Part shown: in pieces, positions 28,057 through 37,135 of the stretch
Layout: every line of letters starts with the position of its first letter
How positions within the stretch are numbered: the first letter of the stretch is position 1
From: Acidobacteriota bacterium
GTDB taxonomy: Bacteria; Acidobacteriota; UBA890; WLXD01
Reading direction: 5' to 3'
NCBI GenBank assembly: GCA_965205505.1
Contig: CBDBHB010000007.1
Coordinates: 32,001 to 96,000 of the forward strand
Length of the DNA stretch: 64,000 nucleotides
The notes under the pieces: model-generated
The model's input: only the letters and a program-made list of their open reading frames with translations
Told to the model about the DNA's origin: nothing
Databases searched by the model: none
Made by a program: the position numbers and the translations under genes

Positions 28057-29115
28057 CTAGCAGGCCGTGGTGACTCGACTATCAACGTGAAATGGCAACG
28101 GAGTGACCTGCGCTATGGAGCCGTCGTCGACCTGCACTTCAGCGCCCGGATCGGCGAGCTCCCGGCGCACGTAACCGAGTCCGATAGGTCCGTGGAGATC
28201 GGAGATCGCGGTGCTCGTCACGTTGCCGGCGTCTCGTCCGCCGCTGGACAACGTCGCGCCCGGCACGATGCCCGCCGTGAGACGAAGGCCGCATAGCAGT
28301 CGATTGACGTGGCCACGGTAGTGAATTCGCGAAACCGTCTCCTGTCCCAGGTAACATCCCTTCTCGAAGTCAATCGCGCCCTCCAGTCGTGCCTCCTGCG
28401 GCAGCTCGTTACCGGTTAGCTCGGCACCGTGCTCGGGCACTCCCGCTTCCACGCGCAGCACCTCGGAGACATCGCGACCGACGGGGCGTGCGCCCTCGTC
28501 GCCGAGCTCGCGCACAGCAAGCCACAGCGCGCTGGCTTCCGACTCGGGCAAGGCGATCTCAAAGCCGCCTGGCAGTCGCCCGGTTCGTAGCGACCGCAGG
28601 CCGCTGCCACAGGCCCGACGGATGGGCGTTGTTGGAGGCACCACCCCGAGCACATCGGCAACGGATTGGTGGTCCGGGCCGATCAAGGCGAATGACACCA
28701 GCGGGACGACGTCAATGTGCACCGCGGAGCGCAACACGTAGCGTTGCAGCCCGTCTGCCACGCCCGCGATCACGCCCGCGTCGGATCCGACGAGCACGGC
28801 TGCATCCTCTACCCACAGGTCCAAGCTCGCCTGCACCCTGCCGCGGTTGTCTAGCAGCAGGCCGGGAGCGCCGTCGCCCGGTTGGAGGGCTTGGACATTG
28901 GCGGTCAAGAGTCGATGAAGAAACGTTAGTCGCTCATCGCCCGTTACTCGCAGATAGGCGCGCCACGGTTGCCACAGCAGCGCGGCTCCGTCGCGGGCTG
29001 CACGCAGTTCGCCCTCCGGATCGCCGTACGACGTCGCGTAGAACAAGCCATTGGCCTCGCGGAGCTCTGCCCCGGCAGACCGCTGCATGTCTGCAAAGGC
29101 GGTGGCCAAACTCAC
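28057..29115 (-). CDS. YgfZ/GcvT family folate-binding protein
   Basis: LRVTGDER..FLH, RVEAGVP..G.E, KGCYLGQE signature. Confidence 0.9.
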   Translation of the reverse strand: MSLATAFADMQRSAGAELREANGLFYATSYGDPEGELRAARDGAALLWQPWRAYLRVTGDERLTFLHRLLTANVQALQPGDGAPGLLLDNRGRVQASLDLWVEDAAVLVGSDAGVIAGVADGLQRYVLRSAVHIDVVPLVSFALIGPDHQSVADVLGVVPPTTPIRRACGSGLRSLRTGRLPGGFEIALPESEASALWLAVRELGDEGARPVGRDVSEVLRVEAGVPEHGAELTGNELPQEARLEGAIDFEKGCYLGQETVSRIHYRGHVNRLLCGLRLTAGIVPGATLSSGGRDAGNVTSTAISDLHGPIGLGYVRRELADPGAEVQVDDGSIAQVTPLPFHVDSRVTTAC

Positions 29116-29621
29116 TCGGGCCGCGGCGCAGCCGGACGCAAGACAATGCTGACGGTGGCGCCGACCTGGACGGGGCCCGCTCGGCCCTCTAGGTCACCCT
29201 CCTGGCGACTGAATGCGTCGCCGTCCTGATCGAGCCGAGCGATGATATCGAGGTCGCCGACCAAGGGAGTCCCAGGGATCATCGAGTCGGCTTCGGTGAT
29301 GCTGAAGCTGACGGGCACCTCCGCCGGCATCGGCTTCACCGCCAGCGGCGGGCCGGCCTCGCGACCCGACACACGCACGATGATGTAGAGGACACCCTCC
29401 GGAACGGCTCCCACTGTCGGATCGACATTCACCGTCCCCTGGACCCCTGGCGGCGACGCTACCGACGGGCGCGCGCCGGGATCGGCGGGTGGCGGCGGCG
29501 GCGGAATCGTCGCGGCTTCCTCGCGATCGATGGTCTCGACGTTGCGTGACACACAGCCGGCGCAGAACACGGTAACGCTCAACAGCAGCGGCACGATGCA
29601 ACGACAGCGCAGATCGCTCAT
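29112..29621 (-). CDS. Lipoprotein resembling the C-terminal periplasmic domain of CcmI/CycH
   Basis: Lipobox CAGC; LYIIVR...GPPLAVK...PVSFSI...SMIPG...IARLDQDGDA...GDLEG. Confidence 0.6.
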   Translation of the reverse strand: MSDLRCRCIVPLLLSVTVFCAGCVSRNVETIDREEAATIPPPPPPADPGARPSVASPPGVQGTVNVDPTVGAVPEGVLYIIVRVSGREAGPPLAVKPMPAEVPVSFSITEADSMIPGTPLVGDLDIIARLDQDGDAFSRQEGDLEGRAGPVQVGATVSIVLRPAAPRPE

Positions 29622-29698
29622 GAAGAGTGCCTTCGGGGGTCGCGAGGGGGTGGGCCCGAATGGATCCCACTGCGCCGATCTTATCCCAAAGTCGGACG

Positions 29699-29927
29699 TC
29701 AGCCGTGGCCCAACAACTCACTGTACAGCGCCAGAAACCGCTGTGTTGCTGCCTTCCAGCTGAACTCCTCGTCGAGCAGTCGACGCCCGGCGGCACCCAT
29801 TCTCGGTGCGTCCGATACCACCGCGCGCTGCAGCGTCGCGGCCAACGCAGCACCATCGCCAGGCGGCACTAGGTACCCGGTTCGCCCGTCCTCGACCTTG
29901 TCCGGGAGTCCGCCGGTGCGCGAGACG
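29699..29927 (-). pseudogene. C-terminal fragment of a GT4 glycosyltransferase
   Basis: SRTGGLPDKVEDGRTGYLVPPGD...MGAAGR...FSW...Y with no N-terminal part. Confidence 0.75.
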
Positions 29928-30262
29928 CCCGCCCCCACGGTCACCATCCAGAAAGGTTTCTTCGGCGGACCTCTTCGCGATCCTGCTGTTAGCCTCAACG
30001 GTTCTGCTCTGGAGGAAGATCATCATCCCGGAGCTGTTGTGGGCGTACCGACGCTACCTGCCCGTCGTTCTACCAGCGACGCTGATGGCGGCGGCCGGCC
30101 TGCTGGGCGTTTGCGCCGAGCGTGCTTGGCTGCAGCTGCGCGGAAGGCATCGTCGCATGCCGGCGGTCGCGGCGGCGCTGGCAATCGCCCTGGTGGTGCC
30201 GGCCGCGAGTTGGATCACCTGGCGCTCCTGGACCTATGGCGCTCGCTATGCTGAGATCCGTG
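29928..30262 (+). pseudogene. Internal fragment of a polytopic membrane (GT-C-like) protein, inverted relative to its neighbours
   Basis: LFAILLLASTVLLWRK..PELLWAYRRYLPVVLPA... hydrophobic helices with no proper start or stop; boundaries approximate. Confidence 0.5.
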
Positions 30263-30360
30263 ACCTTCGACCCCCGACGCGCGAACAAACGCCAACCGAA
30301 GACAAACGCCCCGCCGAGGGCCACGACTACCCAGGCGGCCAGCCCGACGTCGGCTATCAT
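30255..30360 (-). pseudogene. N-terminal stub of a membrane protein
   Basis: ATG overlaps the stop of the upstream GT (ATGA); MIADVGLAAWVVVALGGAFVFGWRLF, then coding sense is lost. Confidence 0.5.
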
Positions 30361-31673
30361 GGGTCGGCCGTCATCCCGACAGCGTGCGGCGCTACGTTCG
30401 CCAAGCAGCCGCGGATGAGGTGCCGCTCCGCATCGGTAGCATTCGACGGCACGCAGCGCTGGTGGAGCCGCCTGCGCAACAGCTTCCAGGTCGCCTCGGA
30501 GCGGCGGGCGGGAGTGGTACAAAGCTCGTGTGCACGCTCCAGCTCGGCCTCCACGGATGCGGCGATGGAGGTCGCATCGGCCCCGGCGACAATCAAGCAC
30601 CGTCCGGCCTGCCGCAGCGCTGCAACAAGCGCGTCGTCGTCGAGCAGGTTATCAACGGTGACAAAGAGCGCTTGCCCCATGGCACGCCCAGGGGCAAGCC
30701 TGGGCGCGACGTCTCGCGGCAAGAACTCGTAGTGTGGTGCGTCCGCCACCAGCGTCAGCGCGCCGGCGGCGAGCGCTCGGTACAGCACCGCGCGCTCGTA
30801 TGCCACCGGCTCGGGCGCCGCCGCAATCACGATGTCGGCACCGTCCGTTACCTGCCGGAGCTCGGCGGGCGAGGGTGACAGATGCCATTCGATGCGCCCA
30901 TCGAGCCCGGCCCGCGACGCCGCCGGACCAGCAATCGCCTGATGGATGATCTCCGGCGTCACATAGCGGATCGAGAGATCAGACCGCTTCTCTAGCAGCC
31001 GGGCTAAACCCGACATCAGCGGCTGCGGCCAGCGGGAGCTCGCGGACACAACCGTGACGATGCCTTGCGTGTCGGAGTGTTCCGACGGCGCTCCCAGAAC
31101 ACCTGCGTCGATGGGTAGCTCGACGTGCTCGACTGTAACGCCCTGCCGCCGCAGCTGCGCGGCGATCGGCGCTGTTGCGGCCAGCATCCGGTGGTGTTGC
31201 GACATGGCGCGCACCAGCGGATCGTAGCGCTCGTAAAGTGCGCGGCTACCCCAACCCCCGGCAACCGCAGCGCCGACTCGAGCACCGAGCTTCGGAACAG
31301 TGGCTTCGAGCGCCTCGATGTAGGCGTCCCAGCGCCCCAGAAGCGCCAAGCCACCGACTAGCATGTGATGCATAGCCGGATCGAGGATCCAAGCCACGCC
31401 GGCGCAACGGCCTGCCAGGAGGTAGCTCGGCTCGTACGGAAGAAAATCGCGCCCGAGCGGGTAGAGAGCCGTGTCGAACTCCCTGTGCCTGTGGCGCTCG
31501 TCGAAACGCAAGTAGTGGAACGCCGGCGCCGGTAAATCGCCCTCTCGCAGGCGAGTGGATTCGACGAAAACCTCGACGTCCACTCGCGCCGCCAACGCAC
31601 GCACGACGGCATCGAGCTGTCGCGCTACCAGGGCTCGCGGATCGATACTCGGCAGCGTGATCGCGACGCGCAC
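30357..31673 (-). CDS. Glycosyltransferase-like protein (divergent GT-B)
   Basis: Layout similar to 35867-37135 (VEVF...ALYPLG...WILD..MH); lies in a GT operon; GTG start inferred. Confidence 0.65.
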   Translation of the reverse strand: MRVAITLPSIDPRALVARQLDAVVRALAARVDVEVFVESTRLREGDLPAPAFHYLRFDERHRHREFDTALYPLGRDFLPYEPSYLLAGRCAGVAWILDPAMHHMLVGGLALLGRWDAYIEALEATVPKLGARVGAAVAGGWGSRALYERYDPLVRAMSQHHRMLAATAPIAAQLRRQGVTVEHVELPIDAGVLGAPSEHSDTQGIVTVVSASSRWPQPLMSGLARLLEKRSDLSIRYVTPEIIHQAIAGPAASRAGLDGRIEWHLSPSPAELRQVTDGADIVIAAAPEPVAYERAVLYRALAAGALTLVADAPHYEFLPRDVAPRLAPGRAMGQALFVTVDNLLDDDALVAALRQAGRCLIVAGADATSIAASVEAELERAHELCTTPARRSEATWKLLRRRLHQRCVPSNATDAERHLIRGCLANVAPHAVGMTADP

Positions 31674-31675
31674 AT

Positions 31676-32731
31676 CTACTCCAGGGTGGAGGTCAACGCC
31701 GCGATCGCCTTCGGCCAGCTGACCCGGTCGCGTACCATCTCCCGCCCCTCGTGCCCCAGGCGCTCGCACAGGGCCCGGTCCTCGTACAGCACGTCGATGC
31801 GGTCGGCGAGGGCACCAGGATCGGGCTCCACCACGAAGCCGGTCGCGCTGTCGCGCACGAACTCGAGCACGCCGCCCGAATCTGTCGTCGTCACGACCGG
31901 ACGCCCAGCGAAGAACGCCTCGAGGGTCGTGAAGCCATAGTCCTCATCAAGCGGCGTCAGCGTCATTGCAAAACAACCAGCCATCAACTCCAGCACGTCC
32001 TCGTCCGCAGCGAAACCCAGAAAATCGACGCGGTCTTCGAGGCCCAGGTCGGTGACCAGCTCTTCGAGCCGCGCGTGGTCCGGCCCGCGTCCGGCGATGC
32101 GCAAGCAAACCGGATTGCGCGTGCGGGCCAGGGCCTGGATCGCCAGATCCAGCCGCTTGATGCGATCGAGCCGTCCAACGTAGAACAAATAGTCACCGTA
32201 CGCGCCGACCCTCAGTCTCTGGTGCAGGGGAGGCGGTGCGTAGAGCGGCGTCGCCTCGACGCCGCAATAAAGCTGTAGTCGGCTGGCGGTGTTCTGACTG
32301 TTGGTGAACAGTGCCCTGGTTTCGGATAACGCCTCCATGTCGAGCTCGAACAAGGCATCGCGAAGCGCCACCTCGTCATCAGCCAATCGGAAGTTGCCGA
32401 ATGGTGTCGGGTGCAGATCGTAGACTTCGCGCTGCTGGTGGAATATCCAGGCAACCTTGTTGCGGTGCCGAGCCAGATACGATGGATATTTCGTGGCGAT
32501 CAGCAGGTCGACCTCGCCGGGAGCGGTTGCCTCGAAGTTAGCCAGCCGCCACGCCATCGCCTGCTCGAGCGACGAGACAGTTCCCGTCCAGGTGTACGGC
32601 AGGGTTACCAGCTCCACCTCGTGGCCGGCCTCGGTGAGCGCCGCCACGGTGAGCTCGGCATGTAGCTCGGCGCCACCGCGAAGAAAGGGAACCTGCGGCG
32701 CAGCGACGATGATGCGGTAACTTCGGCTCAA
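31676..32731 (-). CDS. Glycosyltransferase family 4
   Basis: QVPFLRGGAE, VGRLDRIKR, EDYGFTTLEAF..GRPVV...GG..EFV. Confidence 0.92.
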   Translation of the reverse strand: MSRSYRIIVAAPQVPFLRGGAELHAELTVAALTEAGHEVELVTLPYTWTGTVSSLEQAMAWRLANFEATAPGEVDLLIATKYPSYLARHRNKVAWIFHQQREVYDLHPTPFGNFRLADDEVALRDALFELDMEALSETRALFTNSQNTASRLQLYCGVEATPLYAPPPLHQRLRVGAYGDYLFYVGRLDRIKRLDLAIQALARTRNPVCLRIAGRGPDHARLEELVTDLGLEDRVDFLGFAADEDVLELMAGCFAMTLTPLDEDYGFTTLEAFFAGRPVVTTTDSGGVLEFVRDSATGFVVEPDPGALADRIDVLYEDRALCERLGHEGREMVRDRVSWPKAIAALTSTLE

Positions 32732-34290
32732 GACGTCTGGCCGGTCGCGTCTACCCGCGAGGCGATGAGCGCATATTCCTGCGGCGCAGCATACATCTCG
32801 TTCACCTGATCGATCCGCAGGTTGAGCTCCCGCACGACCGCCAGGCTGCTAGCGTGCTCGACGAACGGAGTCTCCTCCACTCTTGCTACCTGGGCCACTT
32901 CTGGTACTTCAGCCTGGTACACGATGTCGACATCCGTAAGGCCACTCCGGTGCGCCATGAACGACAGCAGTTGCGGATGAACCGGGCGCGTATGAGTGGG
33001 ATCGAGTACGTAGGCGCGTACGAGCGCGAACAGGCTCTCGGGGTTGATCGTCTCGACCACCAACCGGCCGCCAGGGGCCAGGCGCGAAGCCGCCAGGTCG
33101 GTGAGCCGCGACCAGTCGGGGGGAGGAATGTGCTCGATCACCTGGGCGAGGAATATCCCGCCCAGCGACCTCTCCGGGCGCGCCGCCAGCCAGTCGAACA
33201 GATCAGCGCACTCCGCCTGCAAGCCGCGCTCCGCGCAACTTTCCACGTCAGCAGCGTTGAGTTCGACCCCGATAGCCTCGGTTCCGGCGGCCTCCAGCAA
33301 CTCGAGAAACTCGCCCCGCCCGCATCCCAGATCGGCAACCGGCCCCGGAACTCCTTCGAATCGCCCGACGTGCGCGCTCATGCGCCGGGTGATCTCCGCT
33401 TCGTCACCTCGGAAACGGAGCTGGAAGGCACGATAGTCCTCGTCGCGCATCCATTCACGCAACCGCCGCCAGAGCTCGCCATCGAGGTGCTGCGCGGCAC
33501 CGCCGCCCGCTGGCTGCGACTCTGACTTGGAAGCTGCCTGCACCTGCTCGAGTACCCGGGCCAGCTGCGTCCGCGTCTCGAGAAGCTCCGCCTCGGCGAT
33601 GTTCGAGGTGCGCGACTGCAACTGTTCGAGGACCTTGTCCTTTTCGTCGAAACGAGCGTCGATCGCCTGCGCCCGCTCTACGAAGCGGACCTCCAGGAAG
33701 TGCATGCGCTCGGCATGTTTGTCGTACAAATCGTCGAGGGCGCCGCGCAGCCCCCAGAGTTCTTCCTCCAGCGCGTCAAAGAGCACGCCCTGGCGATCAC
33801 GCAGCGCTTCGTCGTAATTGGACAGGGCCGCTTCCAGCCGCGCTTCCAGCTGGCGTGGGTCCCGTGCCAGATCGAAGAGCGAGTCGTGAATCGCGACCAG
33901 GCGCTGCTCGACAGCGGCGCCGAGCTCGTTGAGGTGCCGTACAACCTCGGCGTTGAACTTCTCCTGGCGTGCAAGATAGGGGTCCAAGATCGGTTGCACG
34001 AAGGGCCGCGCGAGCCGTCGCAGCAGGGTCAGCAGCGGCCCGATCACCGGTACCTTCGAACCCAGCTCCGTCGGATCCGTGATCACCGCCAGATCGTTTG
34101 CGGCTATCAGGTGATCCGAGTGCGTAATGCGGGGCTCGGTGACAGGCGGCGGTATGTCGGGGGCGACCAGCTCGAGCCGAGAGACTGGGGACATTCCGTC
34201 GGCGATACGAGGCGGAGGCGCCGCTTTCAGCTCGTCCCGGATCTGGTCGCGAACCCGCTCAAGTCGCCGTGCGATCTCGTTCTGGTCCAT
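32728..34290 (-). CDS. Class I SAM-dependent methyltransferase with N-terminal coiled coil (glycan-capping type)
   Basis: FQLRFRG, ADLGCGRGEFL, QVIEHI, LAPGG.LVVETINP, DPTHTRPVHP. Confidence 0.85.
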   Translation of the reverse strand: MDQNEIARRLERVRDQIRDELKAAPPPRIADGMSPVSRLELVAPDIPPPVTEPRITHSDHLIAANDLAVITDPTELGSKVPVIGPLLTLLRRLARPFVQPILDPYLARQEKFNAEVVRHLNELGAAVEQRLVAIHDSLFDLARDPRQLEARLEAALSNYDEALRDRQGVLFDALEEELWGLRGALDDLYDKHAERMHFLEVRFVERAQAIDARFDEKDKVLEQLQSRTSNIAEAELLETRTQLARVLEQVQAASKSESQPAGGGAAQHLDGELWRRLREWMRDEDYRAFQLRFRGDEAEITRRMSAHVGRFEGVPGPVADLGCGRGEFLELLEAAGTEAIGVELNAADVESCAERGLQAECADLFDWLAARPERSLGGIFLAQVIEHIPPPDWSRLTDLAASRLAPGGRLVVETINPESLFALVRAYVLDPTHTRPVHPQLLSFMAHRSGLTDVDIVYQAEVPEVAQVARVEETPFVEHASSLAVVRELNLRIDQVNEMYAAPQEYALIASRVDATGQTS

Positions 34291-34332
34291 GGCGTGCCTC
34301 AAGCCGGAATCTCTGCCCGCGGCGGGTCAGAG

Positions 34333-35634
34333 CTACCGACCGACGGAAGTGTAGTCGAAGTCCAGCTCGCGCATCCTGGCCGGCTCGTAGACGTTTCTCA
34401 GGTCGACGACCACCGGGCTCCGCATACTGGCACGCAGCCGCCCGAGGTCGAGGTTGCGGAACTGGTTCCACTCTGTGGCAATCACCACAACATCGACTTC
34501 GGCGCACGCAGTGTATGCATCGTCGCAGTAGATGACGCGATCTCCGAGGGCAGCGCGGGCGTTGTTCATCGCGGCAGGGTCGAAGGCCTGGATGCTCGCG
34601 CCCTCTGCCAGCAGCCCCTCGGCTATTGCGATGGCCGGACTGTCGCGCGTGTCGTCGGTGTTGGGCTTGAAAGCGAGCCCGAGCAGCCCGACCCTGGTGC
34701 CGTCGAGAGCCCCTACCGCGGCGCGAATCTTGTCGATCATCAGCGTGCGCTGACGCGCGTTGGCCGCCAGCGCGGCGCGCCCCACCATGAAGTCGTAGCC
34801 GCCCTCCGCGGCCGTAGCGACCAGCGCGCTGACGTCCTTCGGAAAGCACGAACCGCCGAAGCCGGGGCCGGGATGAAGAAACTTGGACGAGATTCGGCCA
34901 TCCAGACCCATCGACCGGGCAACGACATGAACGTCGGCACCCAATCGCTCACACATGTTGGCGACCTCGTTGATGAAGGTGATCTTGACGGCCAGGAACG
35001 CATTGGATGCGTACTTGATCATCTCAGCTGTCGGCACCGACGTAACCACGATCGGCGTCTCGATCAGGTACAGCGGCCTATACAGAGCCTCCATCATCGC
35101 CGCGGCGCGCTGCGAGTCGACACCGATAACGATGCGATCCGGTCGCATGAAGTCCTCGACGGCGGACCCTTCGCGCAGGAACTCGGGGTTGCTGGCGACG
35201 TCGAAATCGGCATCGTCCCCAGCATGCTCGAGAATAAGCCGTCTGATGCGCTCACCGGTGCTAGGCGGCACCGTGCTCTTCGTAGCGATGACCTTGTAGC
35301 CGTTGAGGTGACGGCCAATGTCCGCAGCTACGGCGTCGATGTAGGTCAGATCAGTGCCGCCGTCGTCACGGGCCGGAGTGCCCACGGCGATGAAGACGAC
35401 ATCGGCATCGCGAATGGCGGCACCGATATCGGTGGTGAAGGCCAGGCGACCGGCCGCGACGTTCTGGACGATCTTCTCCCCCAAACCAGGCTCATAGAAC
35501 GGCACGCCACCGGCCGACAGCTGGGCGATCTTAGCTTCATCGATATCGCAGCAAGTAACGTCGATGCCAAAGTCCGCGAAACACGTGCCCGACACCAGGC
35601 CTACATACCCCGTGCCGATCATGGTGACCTTCAT
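34333..35634 (-). CDS. ugd: UDP-glucose/GDP-mannose 6-dehydrogenase
   Basis: IGTGYVGL, KSTVPP, SNPEFLREG, GFGGSCFPKD, GLAFKPNTDD. Confidence 0.93.
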   Translation of the reverse strand: MKVTMIGTGYVGLVSGTCFADFGIDVTCCDIDEAKIAQLSAGGVPFYEPGLGEKIVQNVAAGRLAFTTDIGAAIRDADVVFIAVGTPARDDGGTDLTYIDAVAADIGRHLNGYKVIATKSTVPPSTGERIRRLILEHAGDDADFDVASNPEFLREGSAVEDFMRPDRIVIGVDSQRAAAMMEALYRPLYLIETPIVVTSVPTAEMIKYASNAFLAVKITFINEVANMCERLGADVHVVARSMGLDGRISSKFLHPGPGFGGSCFPKDVSALVATAAEGGYDFMVGRAALAANARQRTLMIDKIRAAVGALDGTRVGLLGLAFKPNTDDTRDSPAIAIAEGLLAEGASIQAFDPAAMNNARAALGDRVIYCDDAYTACAEVDVVVIATEWNQFRNLDLGRLRASMRSPVVVDLRNVYEPARMRELDFDYTSVGR

Positions 35635-35866
35635 CAGGATCCTCGGCGCCTCGCGCCCTGAACATGCCCGCAGCAACGCCAGCGAGTGGCTAGCCGATTG
35701 CGTCAGAGCTCTCGTAGGTGGGGGTTGCCGCAGTGTGGACATCCGCCGAACTCACCCGGTCACGCGCGGTCGGAGCCGCTCGGCGGCAAGAGACAAAAGC
35801 TTGCGGGGCGAGCGTGGCAGGAGAAGCGAAAGGATATCGCAACATCCGAGCGCGTGACGCGCTGCC

Positions 35867-37135
35867 TCATGATTCGTCACCGGCGGCGAGCGCCTGTCCG
35901 ACCGCCGCAACGTAGCTGGCAGCCATTGCCTCGCGGGTGATGGTGCGCGCGGCCCACCGCTGCGCCTCCGCAGCCGCTCGGCGGCGCGCTATGGGATCCG
36001 CCAGCCATTCGATGAGCGCTGCCCGTAGCGACGCCTGCTCCTCGTCAGCCGTCCCGGTCGGAACACGTTGCACGGCATCGGCCGGAATACCGCGCAGATG
36101 GATGAGGTCGTGAATCACCGTGGGTGTGCCCGATTGCAGCAGTTGCTGCTGGGCGCCAGACGAGGCTCTGGCAGTCGGATAGCGAAGGTTGATCGCAATG
36201 TCGGTGGCACGCATCAGGGCACCGAAGTCGAGATCGCTGACCCGCCCGGTCCAGTGCATCCGGTGGCCGAGGCGGCGCGCCGCGGGCAGCCGAGCGAGCT
36301 CCGACTCGGCGGAGCCTACCGCCACGAAGACGAACTCGTGGTCGTCCGCGATGTCGGCTAGCACGTCGAGGATCATCGCAATTCGATGCTCGGACCCCAT
36401 GTGGCCGAAGGTCCCGATAAGCGGCCGCTCGCCATTCGCTCCGAGATCGGCTCTCCAGGTCGCGACCAGGTCGGTTGGGGGATCCGGCACGGGTAGCCAA
36501 TGCACAACCGAGTCGATCTGCACCTCGGGTAACTGGGCGCGCAACCAGCGGGCCAGCAGATCGCCGTGCACCACCGTGACAAGATTGGCCCGCACCAGGT
36601 CCTCACACATTGGAAAGTTCCAGTACAGAGCGGGCGTGCCGAACCCGCCGACAACCAAATGGCCGATTTCGTTGGCCACGTCGGGCCGGCCGCGTTGCAG
36701 CGCAGCCCGGTAGCCGTCGAGATCGTGGCTGCGCAGGTGGTGCGCCGCGCGCGACGGGTGAAGGACAACATCATGCAGCACCAACAGACCCGGCTTCTGC
36801 TGCATGATAGGCGTCACGTAGTGGTGTGCTTCGCTGTTTCCTATGTGATAGACGGCTAGGTCATACGGTCGCATCCTCTGCCGCCGCCACCACTGCTCAT
36901 GCGGCAGGACCCGCTGCCGACGTCCGACCCACCGGCCGGTGCGGAGACGCTCCTCGGCAAAGACATCGATCTGCCAACGAGCCGGGAGCACGTCCAGCAA
37001 GCCAGCGACATAGTCAGCGATGCCGGTCGGCGCCGGCGGCATCGGCGAGAACATGGCGAGGCGTAGCGGTCGCTCGGCGAGAGCCCCGCTCAGACCGGCG
37101 GTGGACGCCCGCACCGCCCCCGTTCCCCCGCTCAT
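35867..37135 (-). CDS. Glycosyltransferase (GT-B)
   Basis: FSPMPPAPTGIADY, YHIGNS..H, LVLHD, INLRYPT. Confidence 0.8.
   Translation of the reverse strand: MSGGTGAVRASTAGLSGALAERPLRLAMFSPMPPAPTGIADYVAGLLDVLPARWQIDVFAEERLRTGRWVGRRQRVLPHEQWWRRQRMRPYDLAVYHIGNSEAHHYVTPIMQQKPGLLVLHDVVLHPSRAAHHLRSHDLDGYRAALQRGRPDVANEIGHLVVGGFGTPALYWNFPMCEDLVRANLVTVVHGDLLARWLRAQLPEVQIDSVVHWLPVPDPPTDLVATWRADLGANGERPLIGTFGHMGSEHRIAMILDVLADIADDHEFVFVAVGSAESELARLPAARRLGHRMHWTGRVSDLDFGALMRATDIAINLRYPTARASSGAQQQLLQSGTPTVIHDLIHLRGIPADAVQRVPTGTADEEQASLRAALIEWLADPIARRRAAAEAQRWAARTITREAMAASYVAAVGQALAAGDES

Noticed and set aside
33700-35661. Long antisense ORFs (also 9164-10156, 36826-38235, 48977-50155, 61997-63223)
   Set aside because: Shadows of well-supported genes on the opposite strand, typical of GC-rich codon usage
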